A stretch of DNA of 63,997 nt, filler included, from Streblomastix strix (taxonomy: Eukaryota): NCBI GenBank assembly GCA_008636045.1. It is 4 parts of 4 records of this genome, joined end to end, with 100 filler letters (N's around TTAATTAATTAA, not from the genome) between each part and the next. Parts side by side here need not be neighbours in the genome. Positions count along the whole stretch, not along the records: positions 32,113 to 48,065 come from SNRW01000900.1; positions 48,166 to 63,997 come from SNRW01000926.1; 2 more parts are not named here. The stretch is one strand, 5' to 3'. The notes below the pieces were generated by a model, which was not told the origin of the DNA, searched no databases, and saw only the letters and a list, made by a program, of their open reading frames with translations. Positions 38,661 through 52,549 of this stretch are shown here, piece after piece (the stretch's first letter is position 1; every line of letters begins with the position of its first letter). The position numbers and the translations under genes are program-made.

Positions 38661-41600
38661 TCATAACTGATATGAGACATTTGGCATTTTTGATAAGCCA
38701 TTATCCAGAACTTCCTGAGTATGAATCGATAATTTATGAGCCATCTACACTGGCAAAGGCAAGGAGATTGACCCAAAGTAATTTGCATATATGTAGCAGA
38801 GTGCATTTGTGAAATCTTCAATCTCGGGGGCGCTTAAACCAGATTTATCAACTAAGACAACAAAGCGAACAGGAAGAGCTGTTGTAGCTACTGCAACAGC
38901 TTAAGGAACGAGATAAAAGTCATACAATGTTGGAGAAGTAATTCCTCCAGCTCCCTAATTACCAACTGGAGCGAATCCACCACCATCAGCTTCACCTTAT
39001 GTAGTGGTTAAGTGTATATCTTCTTCATCATCTTATCCTTATTCATCTCCTTTACCACGTTTTCCTTTCTATCTTTTATCTTTACGCTTTCCTTTTCCTC
39101 CACCTTTCTAAGCTTCTTATTATGCATCTACTTCTTTCTATAATTGAGCTGCCAGAGCTGAAGCCATTGCAGCTGATGATGAAGATGAAGAAGAAGAAGA
39201 AGATGCTTATTATTTCCCAGGAATGGGCATTGGTCTTGCATCTGCACCCCATCCACCTACAACAGTGCCTGGAGGAGGATTAATGAAGTTTGCTCCTTAT
39301 TCAGCAAATATTCTATGACTTATTCTCTTATCAACAATAATAACAGCATGAAATGGTTTATATTCATCTTGAAGACCAAGTTCTTTCCCAGCTTGTTTGA
39401 TGCCCTCTAGAAATTGTGGATATTCAATCTTCAATGCATCTGGAAGCATTGAATCTCCAACTCCATCTCTGTATAAGAAAATGTATGAAGGAAGCTTCTT
39501 CTGATTTGGAGGATATGAATAAAACGTTTTAAGTGATTCAAGCATGAATTTATCAAAATGCTGTTCAACAATCTCCTTTCTTGGTGGGCACTCAATAGAT
39601 CTCTGATGATACAGAGTAAGTTCACTGTTGTATGATGCACAAAGAGCCACAGACCCAGATTTGCTCAATTTTGATCTTGATACATCAATACCTACAAGCA
39701 TAATACCATTTGGATCAGTAACTTACTTCTGCTACAAAATCATCATTGATTACCATTCTTCTCCTGTCTAAGGTTTAGCCCTGATCTAAAGAGCAGCAGA
39801 ACCAGTTCTACTTTATTCTTGAATACGACCAATCCATCGTGGAGCTGGAATACGCCAACATATTCCACCCAATTTCTAAGTCATCTGTGTCCATAATCCT
39901 GTTAATACAGATAGATTGGCTTTCATAGCATTTATAGAAAGGATACATTATGAAGGGACTGGCCTCTCAATTTCTATCAGCTTCTTTATACCCCTGTATC
40001 TCTATTCATTCTTATCTGGTAATAAGAAGAGTGCCATTTGCATACCCATGTACTACTTTGTGAACTATTATGAAAATTCATCTATATATTCATTGGGTTT
40101 AAACTTCCCTAACACTATTAGCTTAGGTTTCTCAATTCTAACTCCTTTAGCCACTTTTTGAAGAGCTTATAGGAAGTTCTCAATGTTCTATGTATCTCTC
40201 TATGTGCATATTACAACCCAGTTCACAAGAGGAATTGGTCTGAATAATGTATTAGTCTTCGTTGCATCACGGAAAGCGCCTACAATTAGTTGTAATTACA
40301 TTAATATAAATATAAATATAAATATAAATATCAATAATTAGTAATAATTAATTAATTAATTAGTATATATGTATATATATATGTATATATACACACCCTC
40401 CTGCACATAATACTCCTTATTACTTCCCCAGATGAGAGATATTGGAGGACACACCCTTCCTTATACAGTCACCATTCCAAGACCATCTGGTACTACTCCT
40501 GCTTGAGCTAATTCCTTATTGTAATATAAGTAAAGTAATAATATATATATAATATATAATTAAATAATAATTAACTTATAATTAAATTAAAATGTATTTA
40601 TTTAGAATATGATTTATAGTTTTCAAGAATAATTAAATGATCTCATAAAATTTCATTGTTGATACATACTGGATATTCAAGCATTGACCTTGTAACTTAG
40701 TCAATCATCCTCTTTCGTTCATTAGGAGCAGATTCATGCATCTATTTAATTGTCCTCATTGTCTGTGCATCTCTTCTTATTTCCTCAGGACTGGATAATA
40801 TTGGAATGAAAATAAAGAATAAAATGAGCGCATGTAAATAGAATATGTAAATAGAATATGTAAATAGAATATGTAAATAGAATATGTAAATAGAATATGT
40901 AAATAGAATATGTAAATAGAATATGTAAATAGAATATGTAAATAGAATATGTAAATAGAATATGTAAATAGAATATNNNNNNNNNNAATAGAATATGTAA
41001 ATAGAATATGTAAATAGAATATGTAAATAGAATATGTAAATAGAATATGTAAATAGAATATGTAAATAGAATATGTAAATAGAATATGTAAATAGAATAT
41101 GTAAATAGAATATTATATTCATACATTCCAGTTGAATAAGCAACTTCCATGGGTATAGCTGCTGTGTTGCTTCCTCCACGACCTATAACAATTAATATGT
41201 TTTATGAATGAAACATATAAATAAATTAAATTAAATTAAATAGAGACCTGTAGGCTTACAAATTAGCAAAGGTTGATTCGACTGGAGATTTATTTTGTAA
41301 CGAGACGCAAAATAATCCTAAACACTGTATGAATAATAATTAATTATCAATAAATTAATAATAATAAATAATAATTAATAATTAATTAATTAATATGGAT
41401 TATTAATAATAATTAATTAATACAACCTTTCCTCCTTCTTTTATCCTCCTTCCATCTTTCTCTCAAACTTCAGTGTTCGTGGAGTGTTTAATTCATCAAT
41501 ACTCTCTATTCTGTATGTAACATATCGACCACCATATCTAATATCATAATGTATGAATGATGTTATATGATAAATAATATAGAAGATATACTTTGTGACT

Positions 41601-42556
41601 ATATGCTACCCTTTCAAATCTTCCTTTGCACTCTCAATGTTAAATTTTGCATTCTTTCTCCAGAAATCTAATACAGTATCAGTTCTATATAAATACAAAA
41701 GAGATGATTATTAATTTATTATAAGATATCAATTTAACAAATAACTTATATTTTTTCATGTTATTATTAATTAATAAAATAAATAAATAATAATTCAATT
41801 ATTGAATATTAATGATCTTGCCTCAATATTCCATGTACTTTGTCAGCTACCATCTTTGCTCCACTCATTGTCCCATATACAACAAATGATGTCCCATCCC
41901 ACAATTCCAGATTTGTTCCTGTTATACAAAACATTTAATTTGAATTCAGATTAATATTGTAATATACATGTCCAACATACCAGGTACATTCCTCCTATTA
42001 TTTGGGTTGAGCATATTACGCTTAATCTACAGTAATCCTTTCTATTATTAGATACGCTTAAAAAGTATGTTCAACCATTAATAAGGATAATCCATCCTAT
42101 CTGGAGTGAAACTGTTAACAAGATCAAATGTTATATTGAACTGTGTTTCCACTTAATCTTTTTTCCTATCAACTTGAAAATGAGTTTTGTCCAATACTCT
42201 CCCAAATGAGTATAGTGTAGTATTATCATACACTGGCAAAAATACAAAATTATTTACCAAAAATCAATAGTGAAACTACCTACAATCGTTGGTGAGAAGT
42301 TCTCTCTTGTAATTCGGTTTACAATTCCTTCTCGCATGCGTCGTTCCTTCGTCTGATCGAGATCGGGCTCAAATTTGACGCTATATTAGTACATAGCTAT
42401 TTATATCTTCAGCTTAAATGAATTAGTAATCAAGCGAATTTATCTTGAGTTTGGCGTTGGCTCATACTCCAACGGTCGCACTGCAAACTCGGTCATTACT
42501 ATATGAATCTGAACAAATTGAATAAAATTGAGGATCAAAAAATATCTTATTGCCAT
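38661..42556 (-). CDS. piwi: PIWI-clade Argonaute, multi-exon
   Basis: N-terminal IRLITNSF..YQYSVKFEP; PAZ YFASRYKI..QPLL; MID PVPSQC..QMTQKLGG.CW; PIWI MLVGIDV, YRDGVG, VDKRISHRIF, PPGTVV, DFYLVPQ and LCYIYANYFGSISLPLPVQMAHKL. Confidence 0.93.
40832..41111. repeat. 13-bp minisatellite (ATGTAAATAGAAT)n inside a PIWI intron
   Basis: About 20 identical units with a 10-N gap, lying in the intron at about 40791-41124. Confidence 0.93.
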
Positions 42557-43648
42557 CTTAAAACGTGTCAGTGACTTTAAATTACGTCAAAAAAATTTGG
42601 CCACATGTTATGGAAATACACTAATATAGCAAATAGCTCATTGATAAACATTTAGCTCGGCAAAAATTTTTGAATGCCATATGCTAAGAAAGATTGGCAG
42701 ATTTAATAGTTTAGATATTTCTATTTATTTTAAGTAGTATGCATGTATCTAAAAATATATAATTTCGAGTTAAAAACATAATAATTGCAATACATTTCGA
42801 AATATAATAAAAATGTTATTTGTACGTGCCAGCTACAAGTATTTAACAAGTGTAAGATTTAAAAATGAAAATATTTTATTGTTATTTTATATTTATTAAT
42901 ATTGATGTACTGAATAAATGTCTTGCTAAACAATTAATCCCGAATTCCCATGGTAAATAATCCAAATTATGTGAAATATGAATAATTGTAACCATGTTAA
43001 ATAATTTATCACCAAAAACTATGAAACAAATATTAAAATGAAGTTATTAATAAGAAATAAATCCTTAACACTAAAATTCGCGAAAGACAAATATATTTAT
43101 ATCTATAAACATATTGATCATGCTTCATTTTATTTTATGAACATTTTTCAACATTTACGTAACCAGATTTTAAATCCATTGAAATATTATCAAAATTGCA
43201 AAAAATCAGTTTTCTGCTCTTCCCAGACTTATAAAATCCACATTTATAATGATTTTCAAATAAAATTGTAATTTTACATGCATTTAATAAAATAAAGATA
43301 TAATATAATGCCAACTAACAAACATATTTCATTTATTATAAATAATAAAAGAATATAATAGGCGCCCCCGCCACTTTGATGAAATATTGAAAATTAATAA
43401 ATAATTTTTGATATGTTTGCTTAATAGCATTCAAAATTTATTATTATTTCAAAAAATAATCATATTAAATATGATTTAACTGTATTGAGAGCAATATTCT
43501 TTCTGCTGATTCTTTTTTTATTATTCAGCTCAACTAAATATAATTGATCAACCATTAATATTCTATTTTTCATTTATAAACTCCAAATTTCAATTTAAAA
43601 ATAATCATGCATGTTATTATTTATTTATTATTTTATATTTAGACTTCA

Positions 43649-46046
43649 ATGTTTCTTCTCCTTCTAATCATTACACATATTTCTTTGTTTGCATCCAAAT
43701 CTGCAGAACCAAAGCCCATCATACCAATTGTACCATAAGAGATGCGCCAAACAAAAGAACTTCCCAAAGACACTGAACGTATCTTCCCTTCATTTGTGAG
43801 TATAGATGAAGACCCACCAAAAGGAAGATGGCCCAAATTGTAGAATGAAACACTGTGTAATCAGAGAAGAGAAGCAGTTAAAGAAGCTTTTCTATGGGCA
43901 TGGAATGCATATAAAAGAGATGCATGGGGTTCAGATGAGATCAATCCAATATCACGCACACGTAATAACTGGTTACTTGGATAAGGATGCACAATTATAG
44001 ATTCAATATCAACTATGATGATTATGGAATTGTATGATGAAGTTAAATTAGCTCATGATTGGGTTGAGAAAGATTTCTAATTATATACTGGTAGATCTGT
44101 AAGTCTATTTGAGACCTCAATTAGGATATTAGCTGGATTAATAAGTGCTTATGATTTAACTGGAGATGAATTATATTTGGATAAAGCAGAGAAGCTTGGA
44201 GATGTAATAATAACAAACTTTGAGAGTAATAAGAAGTATTCCATACCATCAAATTCAATTTCACTTCGAAAGCCAACAAGAAGTCCAAGTTATGAAGAGC
44301 GTAAGAAGAAGATATATGAAGATATTGAAGATAAAGAAACATATCATAAAAGTTCATTACCATTATTATTCACTCCAAAGACTCCAGATGATTTAGGTCT
44401 TAATGTTACATAATTATAATAAAATGATGCTTCAATTGCTGAATTTGGTTTATGGGTTGAATTTGTTGCACTCTCAGATCGAACTGGAGATCCACATTAT
44501 GCTTTCTAAGCTTTGAGAGCTCTTCAATCAACTCTATTAGCCAGATAGTCTGAGAAGGGAATTATTCCAATATATATTGAACCTTCAAGTGGATAATTTT
44601 ATTAATCATGCTTTTCTATTGGAGCTGCAGGTGATTCATTCTATGAATATTTAATAAAAGAACACATTTATACAGAGTAACATGAAATTAGACTCGGAAG
44701 AACTATAATCAAAGGATAAAATAATGGAGATAAATATGACCATAATCTGAATTCAAAGAAAAGGAATAATAAATCAAATAAGATCAAGAATCCAAAGTAA
44801 AATATTGAGATTGAATCATTAGGTTAACATTGGGTTGATGTTATGATGGCATTCAAGAAACGTGAAATTATTAGAAATAAATAATCTCTGGATTTGAAAT
44901 CATCTGAAAATGTGAAAGTTAAGAAACCTTTGCATTGGATTAATGGAACAGAATGTACAGATAACAAATGGTCCCATCTTGCTTGTTATTCAGCTGGAAA
45001 TGCAGCTTTAGGAGCTTTTTACTTGAATAATTATTCAATTCCAAAGTTTCCTAAACAATAATAATATCAAAATAGTTAAAAACAAATAAATAAAGGTAAT
45101 ATCAATAGTATAAATGCTGATGAATATGAATAAGTTCCAACAACAACAGATTAACAGATACTTGCATCTCTATTTCAATTGGGAGTAGATTTGGGTGATA
45201 CATGCTATGCCATGTATGCTTATTCACCATCAGGCTTAGCTGGTGAATTTATTAATATGAAAGCAATTGGAGATAATAAGGAATATGAAAGATAAGATAT
45301 GAATAGTAATATAAATAAGATAGATAAAGTGAATAAGAAATAGAATGAGGTATTTAGTATGAATGAAGATAATAGCTATGTAAATAAATAGAATAATTAT
45401 GATGATGAAGGATATCTGATTGATGATGCTATTGTAAAATAAGGGGATGGATAGGTTTGTATATTTATTAAGTACTGATTGTATTAATTTACTTTAATTG
45501 ATTAAATATTTAAATTGTTGATAATTCATTATTATGTTTTCCTTAGAATATTCTTCGTCCAGAGGTTGTAGAGAGTTTGTTTTATCTCTATCGCACTACT
45601 GGTGATACTAAATACCAGGTATAATAATTAGTTTAATATCTTTTACTAATCACACAACAATCAAAATTTGCTATATATATTTTATTCAGGAATATGCATG
45701 GAATATATTCTAATCTTTTCAGAAATAAAGCAGACTTCCTGATAGTTCAAAACAATCACTTAATAAATAAATAAATAAAAATATGGTATCTGAAACAGAT
45801 ATAAGAGAGAATCCAGATTAAAAAGATCAAGAATTGATGGGTTTCACTTCATTATCTAATGTTAACACAAATAAACCATCTAGGCAAGATAATATGCCAA
45901 GTTTCTTCTTAGCCGAGACTCTAAAGTATCTCTACCTCACTTTCTGTGATGCAAATGAAGTAATCCCTTTAGATTAGTGGGTATTCACAACAGAAGCTCA
46001 TCCTATTGCATTGAGGAAGTATCTGAAGAAACGTAATTTTAGCTGA
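43649..46046 (+). CDS. Class I alpha-1,2-mannosidase (GH47); two introns near the 3' end
   Basis: [79 protein letters not shown] and WVFTTEAHP motifs. Confidence 0.95.
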
Positions 46047-46220
46047 CCATATCATGTGTACATATGAGCATCAAATGAATGATTTTGTTAAATTATATAA
46101 GGAATAATAAATAGTTAAGTGGTGAAAATAAATAGTGGATAATAACGAATCAAATAAAAAATTTAAAGTATTTATATATTTTATTTATTTATTCCCTCTT
46201 TACAAATGATAAGACATCAA

Positions 46221-47902
46221 TCAAGGTGTAATGACTCCCATATAACGTGGGAATAGACATGCATCCCTAATATGGTCAACACTACATAACCAGCAGACTA
46301 TTCTCTCTACACCAAATCCAAATCCACCATGAGGACATGATCCATATTTTCTCAGATCATTGTACCAATACATTGGATCTGGATCCATTTTTTCATCCTT
46401 AATTAATTTAATTCAATTAATAAAAGAAAAGAAAATGAAGTAAGAATATTAATAATAGACTCCAATCATACTTTGTACCTCTGAAGAAGGTATCCCAAAT
46501 CATAAATACGCATGCTTCCACCCATTACCTTACCAAATAATAAATATTATAATATTATAATTAAATATATTTTCAAAAAAGATAAAAAAGAAAAAATAGT
46601 TTCAATCATATTGTTTATTTATTTATTTCAATCTTTCTTACCTCACCAACACCAGGCATCAATAGATCCACACTTTCTGTTTCTGCATTGCGTCTTTTAT
46701 TTAATCCTTCCTGTATTATTTATAAGTATAAGTATAATGTTCATTGCGTAAGAAATTAAAATTATTAATAGATCGTATTTTTAATTGAAAATTTAATATT
46801 CATTCAAGTCAAATATATTAATTATTTCAATATTTAATATGCCTCGCTATTTTCAGTCAATGATGCACTTGCCTTCACATCCACAGCAGGCTCAACAAAT
46901 AAAGAAGAAAAATATAAGAAAAAAGTAATGAAGAAAAATATAATTAAAAGAAAATTATTCATTAAATATTTTATATAAATCTAATAACCTGCATATAGAA
47001 AGCTTTCAGTTAGGCAGGGAAGTGTGTTAATAATACTGGGGCTCCAATATCTTCCAGATCAATAAATAAATATCAATTATTTATTTATTTTCATTTAGTA
47101 ATATTTTTCATTCAAACAAACCTTCAACAAATTATCTTTCATTTTTCTCTGGAATGTCTTCGCCATCCTTCATAAATAATTAGATTCAAATAAAACAGAA
47201 GAGAAAATAGTGAATTTATTAATAATTAGACGTTTAATAGTAAAATGAAGATAATATTAATAAAATAATAACATTGGAATATGCAATTCAATTTAATATT
47301 AATATTCATTACAATAATTTGCTTTTATTAAACCTTGAAAGGTTCACCTGTTTTGTTGTTAATAATTCCACCACCTTGTAATTTTCTTGATAAAATAAAT
47401 AATAAAATAAAATAAAATAAAATAAATGCAATTTTTGAATTTAGATAATTAAATAATAAATAAAATTTTCTACTATTATTTATCTTTATATTTTTTTATT
47501 TTTTTAGTTTATCATTAATATTATTATATATACTTAATAGCATCTGAATGTTTTATTCTAATAAATGGTTTTTTTGGAGAACCGGTTTTCTAAAATTGAA
47601 AAAGTTATTTAAATATAAAATAAAGTATAATTATTAATTAGTTAAAATAATTTCTTTCTTATTCATTTGAATATTATAATTAATTTTAATATATTTTTCA
47701 AACAAGTATTGCAGAGTTGAGAATTGTTAATTACTCTTTACATGATTCAACTACATTCCCAATAACATTAACAACAAGATCCTGAATATTGAAAAGAATG
47801 AAAATTTATAATAAAGAATTATAGAAATAAGAAAATATATCAATAAAACATACTTCAACAAAGTTAAGTAGTTTCTCAAAGGTATAAAAAGGCATTTCCG
47901 CC
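46221..47902 (-). CDS. NARS1: Asparaginyl-tRNA synthetase, 3' part (5' end beyond the contig)
   Basis: AEMPF, GEDIPEKMER, THFPAQLKAFYMQ, TESVDLLMPGVGE, GGSMRI and YWYNDLRKYGSCPHGGFGFGVER..HIRDACLFPRY motifs. Confidence 0.92.
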
Positions 47903-47921
47903 TAAATTATACAATAATTGT

Positions 47922-48065
47922 ATAAAATGATATAATAATTCAATAAAATGATATAATAATTCAATAAAATGATATAATAATTCAATAAAATGATATAATA
48001 ATTCAATAAAATGATATAATAATTCAATAAAATGATATAATAATTCAATAAAATGATATAATAAT
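47922..48065. repeat. 21-bp intronic minisatellite
   Basis: (ATAAAATGATATAATAATTCA)n running to the contig end. Confidence 0.9.
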
Positions 48066-48165
48066 NNNNNNNNNNNNNNNNNNNNNNNNNNNNNNNNNNN
48101 NNNNNNNNNTTAATTAATTAANNNNNNNNNNNNNNNNNNNNNNNNNNNNNNNNNNNNNNNNNNNN
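48066..48165. other. Artificial contig spacer
   Basis: N-run with central TTAATTAATTAA. Confidence 0.98.
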
Positions 48166-48951
48166 TCTGGAACTACGAGCATAGCTGAAGAGAATACGAA
48201 ATTTGTTCCAGTAACTGAACAATATTATTAAAAAGGTCTTGTTTCCTATGATCCCTTTCTCCCTATTACTGATATTTTCTGGTTAAGCCCCGAATCCATC
48301 TCTGAGCGAGATACGCTATTTCACGTAATGTTTAATGCTAGAAAAGTTGTGTTGAGTGGTCGTCCACCTCAGTTAATGATAGATATGCCTATTTCAAAAC
48401 CAACTGCATTCTCTGCTCCACCAATTGTATGGTAAGCAATTGTTGATTAGATAAAAACAAAAAAAGAATTTAGAAAGTTCTTCGGTTCAAGAATAAGTAT
48501 CTTCGGAATTGGAGGTGCTATAGTGAGTGACTAACTTTTATCAGAAATAAAAAATAAATATTCTATTGATATAAAGAATCAATATGGATCAACTGAGTTA
48601 GGAGGCATTTTAGACGAAGGACGTCCTTTTTATGGAGTTAAAGTAACCATATTTGATGATGATGGTAAAGAATCTGATTAAGGAGAGATGTTTGTATGGA
48701 AAGGTGCGTAATGAATTGGAACTGGTGATTTTGCAGAAGGAATAGAAAAAGATCGATACAGAATAATTGGAAGAGTACGAGCTATGGTTAAAGGAAGTGA
48801 TGGAGAATGGATTGACACAGAAGCTATTGAAACATATGCTTGTAGAATAGAAGGAGTTCTTTATTCAATTGTGTCTGTAAATGTATTTGGAAATATCTTT
48901 ATAATAATTCTTTTTTCTTGGAAAATTGACCTTTTAATTAGCTCATATTGA
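48166..48951 (+). pseudogene. AMP-dependent acyl-CoA synthetase fragment
   Basis: SGTT, YGSTE, TGD and IIGR..VKGSDGEWI motifs; in-frame TGA at 48712-48714 where Trp is expected before xxTGD. Confidence 0.75.
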
Positions 48952-49247
48952 GTGTTTTTTTTTGCAATTTAGTAAAAACTGAAGTGCTATAACAGTTATG
49001 CTAAGATGGAGAGTGCTTCTTGTTAAGATAATAAAATAATTAAAGAAAATAATTAATATTATGCAAATAAAAAAAATAATTAATGTGAGATGATTTAGAT
49101 TGAAAAAACAAAATATGAAACAAATGTCAAGACAAGACAAACCTATAAACTCCTGAAAATTTTTATCTGCCTTCTACAATATGCCATAATTTAAATAAAA
49201 AAATTTAATTTAGGAAACGATTTGAGCTTTTTATCGATAAAATAAAA

Positions 49248-52050
49248 ATGACAATCCAAGAATCCTCAAGTACCGAAGTAAATTCAAATGAATACATAAA
49301 CATTAAATTCATTGCATTAAAAGAAGGTTCAAAAATATCATATAATCGCAAATCAACTTCTGAATCAAAATCAAATGAAAAAAAAACAGTTGATATAAAG
49401 GACAAATTAATAAAAAAAATAAGAATTATCGAAAATCGAACGGAAATATGACTAAAATGTTGTATAAAAGAAAGATGTTGAAAAAAAGAATATGTTAAAC
49501 GTGTATTTGAAAGAGCTGCTCAAGAAAATTTAAAGAAATAGAAAAAATAAGAAGAGTAAGCAGAGATAAGTTAGTGTATAAAAATAGTGGAATAAATCGT
49601 TGAATTTTTTCATCAAAATATAATAAATAAAACTATTAGTGAAAGAGCTAAAAACACGATGATTAATATAGTGAACTATACTAAAATAGGTTAAAAAGAT
49701 AGTGAGAAAAAATAAATAATTGGAAAATTAATTGATTTATTTCGAGTTGAAGTTGGTGATTTATGCGTTATAGATTTCGACACTTACAAGAAATTTTCAA
49801 TTGAAGAGACTGATAAAATAAGATAAAATATTATTGAAAATATGCATTTTGTTGACGTCGGTCCTGTAAAAACAGCAATTGTATTACTGCACGCTTATTG
49901 AAATAGACGTAGATATATTTTTCCTTCTATTTGATGTGTTAAATATTTAATGTTAGACAATATTCAGATTGATATATTTGTATAAATGTTTAAGTATAAG
50001 GAACATGGATGAATGGAACAAAAGGAATTTGTATAAAATCGAGTAGTTGGTCCAAACTCATCATTCCGAGAAACAAAAAATAATAAAAGAGAGACACTTA
50101 AATATGAAGCTATTAATGATTGGGCCAACAAATCATATCTAGCAAATCAAAGAGATATTGTAAATAGCTGGAATGTCATTATTGAGATAACATTTGCAGA
50201 ATATCTTGAAAAGAAATAAAAACGAAAATTTGGTAAGTAGATTATAGACGATGGAACCATTAATATAATGAATGATGAACTTGCATAAGCGTGTGTCGAT
50301 GGATTGAAGAATCTTGATATATGTAATTTTCCTTAATAATTTAATATGGAAGTATCTCTTTTAATTGTTTTCAGTGGGTAATATGAGTTAAGTAACGAAT
50401 AGATTAGAACTGAAGGAATAAATAATATACGTAAATTTAATAAATTAGCTGCTAATGCCGAAAAAAACTATGGATATGCTGCAAATAGTGGTGAATTCAA
50501 GTCTAATCCATAGATTCTAATAAAAATCTTAAAATATCATAATAAAAATTTTTATGAATAAACAATTAAACTGTTATTCAAGAAGAATTATGATGCAAAG
50601 AAAAAGGAAAAATAAATCTTAAATAATTAAACGTTTCTACATAATATGATTGGATTAACTGATGAATTTTTTTTATTTATTATCTTGGATAAAGAAACTA
50701 ATGGATAATATGAAAATTAGAGGAAAATTATTATGGATACAACAATATAATTAGTTTCTTACGAAGATGAAATAGAAGATATATATGCGATTAAAAGATG
50801 TGATTCTAATTATGACACTCAAGTTTTATGTCAAAAAACAGAATGAACAGTCTATAATTAATTGGAGAAAAATTAATAAAAATTTCTAAAAATCGAAGAT
50901 TGAGCAAGCGAATAAGAAAACTAATGAAAATTATTATAAAAAATAATTAGCTGCAAAACATGTCTTCAAAAGGTACGCTTCAAAATTCTCAAAAAAAATT
51001 ATGGAAATTTGTTAGTAGTGATCTTAAAATGTTCACAGTATTCCAAGGGTATAAACATAAAAAATTAGACACAATTGGTTATGTCTGTTAACAAATGCGC
51101 TTAGATTTAATTAAGGAAACAATTGCTACAGAAAATGAAAGGGTTTATGAAAATATTCTTAATTGAATTGCATGGATCATATAAAATCTCGGAAAAAATC
51201 GAGAGTACCAGTTATATTATAACGTGGACAAAGTATATGTAAAACCAGATTAACTTGTGTAATCACTGAATCAACGAGTATGTATAGCTGCGCTAACATA
51301 ACAAACATTGATGAGTTCACATGTAGATTCAATTCAGTTGTAGAAAATTAAATATTAGCGATACTGATTGAAATGATGTAATATAACGACTGAAAGAAAG
51401 GTGTTGCAACAGTAATGAAATCATTAATTTCAGATCTAGCTATTATAACTAACGAAAAGAATTATACAAGAGGAACAATTGGGAATGTAAAGAAAGTACT
51501 CCATGTAACAAACGGTGATATGCCAGTTTAATTGTTCACCGATGATATATGTCATTTATTATGTGCTTTTAAAACTGTTTATTACATAACAGAATGAAAC
51601 AAAGAAGATGTTGAATATTTTAAAGAATTAAGCTAGAATTATATTTAAAAATTTTATGAGAATTTGATGACCTTCTTTCTTGAAAATGATATTTCACAGT
51701 TCAATCCAACATTAATTACGATGACTGAAGCGAAGAAATAATTGATAAATTTTAGTAGTTCTCCAAAAGCAGATATAATTATAGAACATTACGGACAGTT
51801 CAGATAATATTTTTCAATAACTCTTGAAAATTAGTTCAAATTTTCAAATTGATTATTGAAGACATATAAAAATACGATATGGTATAAGAGCACGGAATAT
51901 ATGCCAAGAATTAATGAAATAAATATTATAACATTTAAATTTTATAAAGAATAAAAGGCATAATATGATAAAATGATGACTAAAGAAAATATTGAAGTGT
52001 CTAAAAAAATATCAGAAATATAAGAAATAAAATAAAAATATTGATTTCAT
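49248..52050 (+). pseudogene. Primase-SF3 helicase relic
   Basis: VIDFD, KTAI..LHAY, FTVFQGYKH, NITNIDEFT.RFNSVVEN and HVTN motifs; numerous TGA stops and frameshifts. Boundaries are approximate. Confidence 0.8.
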
Positions 52051-52549
52051 AGATTAAATAGTATAGGATGTTAAACGAGAAAGAAAATGAATTTCTTATT
52101 TAATATAAAGTTTATGAGATAATTTAATTTTCATCTTGTCTATTTTGCTTCAATTTATCTTGTTTGATAATGTGTATGTACTTGCTGAGTAGATGAATGA
52201 AGTGAATTATCAACACAAGACTAAAGACAATACAAGACAAAATTAAAATTTCAAGTGAATATTTGTCTACTATCTTCCATATGCTAAAAAATGAAAATGT
52301 TATTAGAATTAATTAGAAAGAGATTTATTAGAGAGAGATTCATTAGAGATAGACAATATTTTTGGAAATGAATGATTCTATGACTATGAAAAATCCTTAA
52401 ATATTTGTATTTATATGTCTTCAATAATGAATTTGAAAACTTGAATTAATTCTCAAGAGCAATTGGAAAACATTATTTGAACTGTTCATAATGTTCCATA
52501 ATTATATCATCTTTTGGAGAACGACTAACATTTATTAATTATTTCTTCG

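Noticed and set aside
40742..41179. ORF-track proteins with YSIYIFYLHILFT repeats
   Set aside because: These are translations of an intronic 13-bp minisatellite.
48712..48714. In-frame TGA at an expected Trp as evidence of TGA reassignment
   Set aside because: Intact genes use TGG for Trp and TGA as stop, and this region is otherwise decayed.
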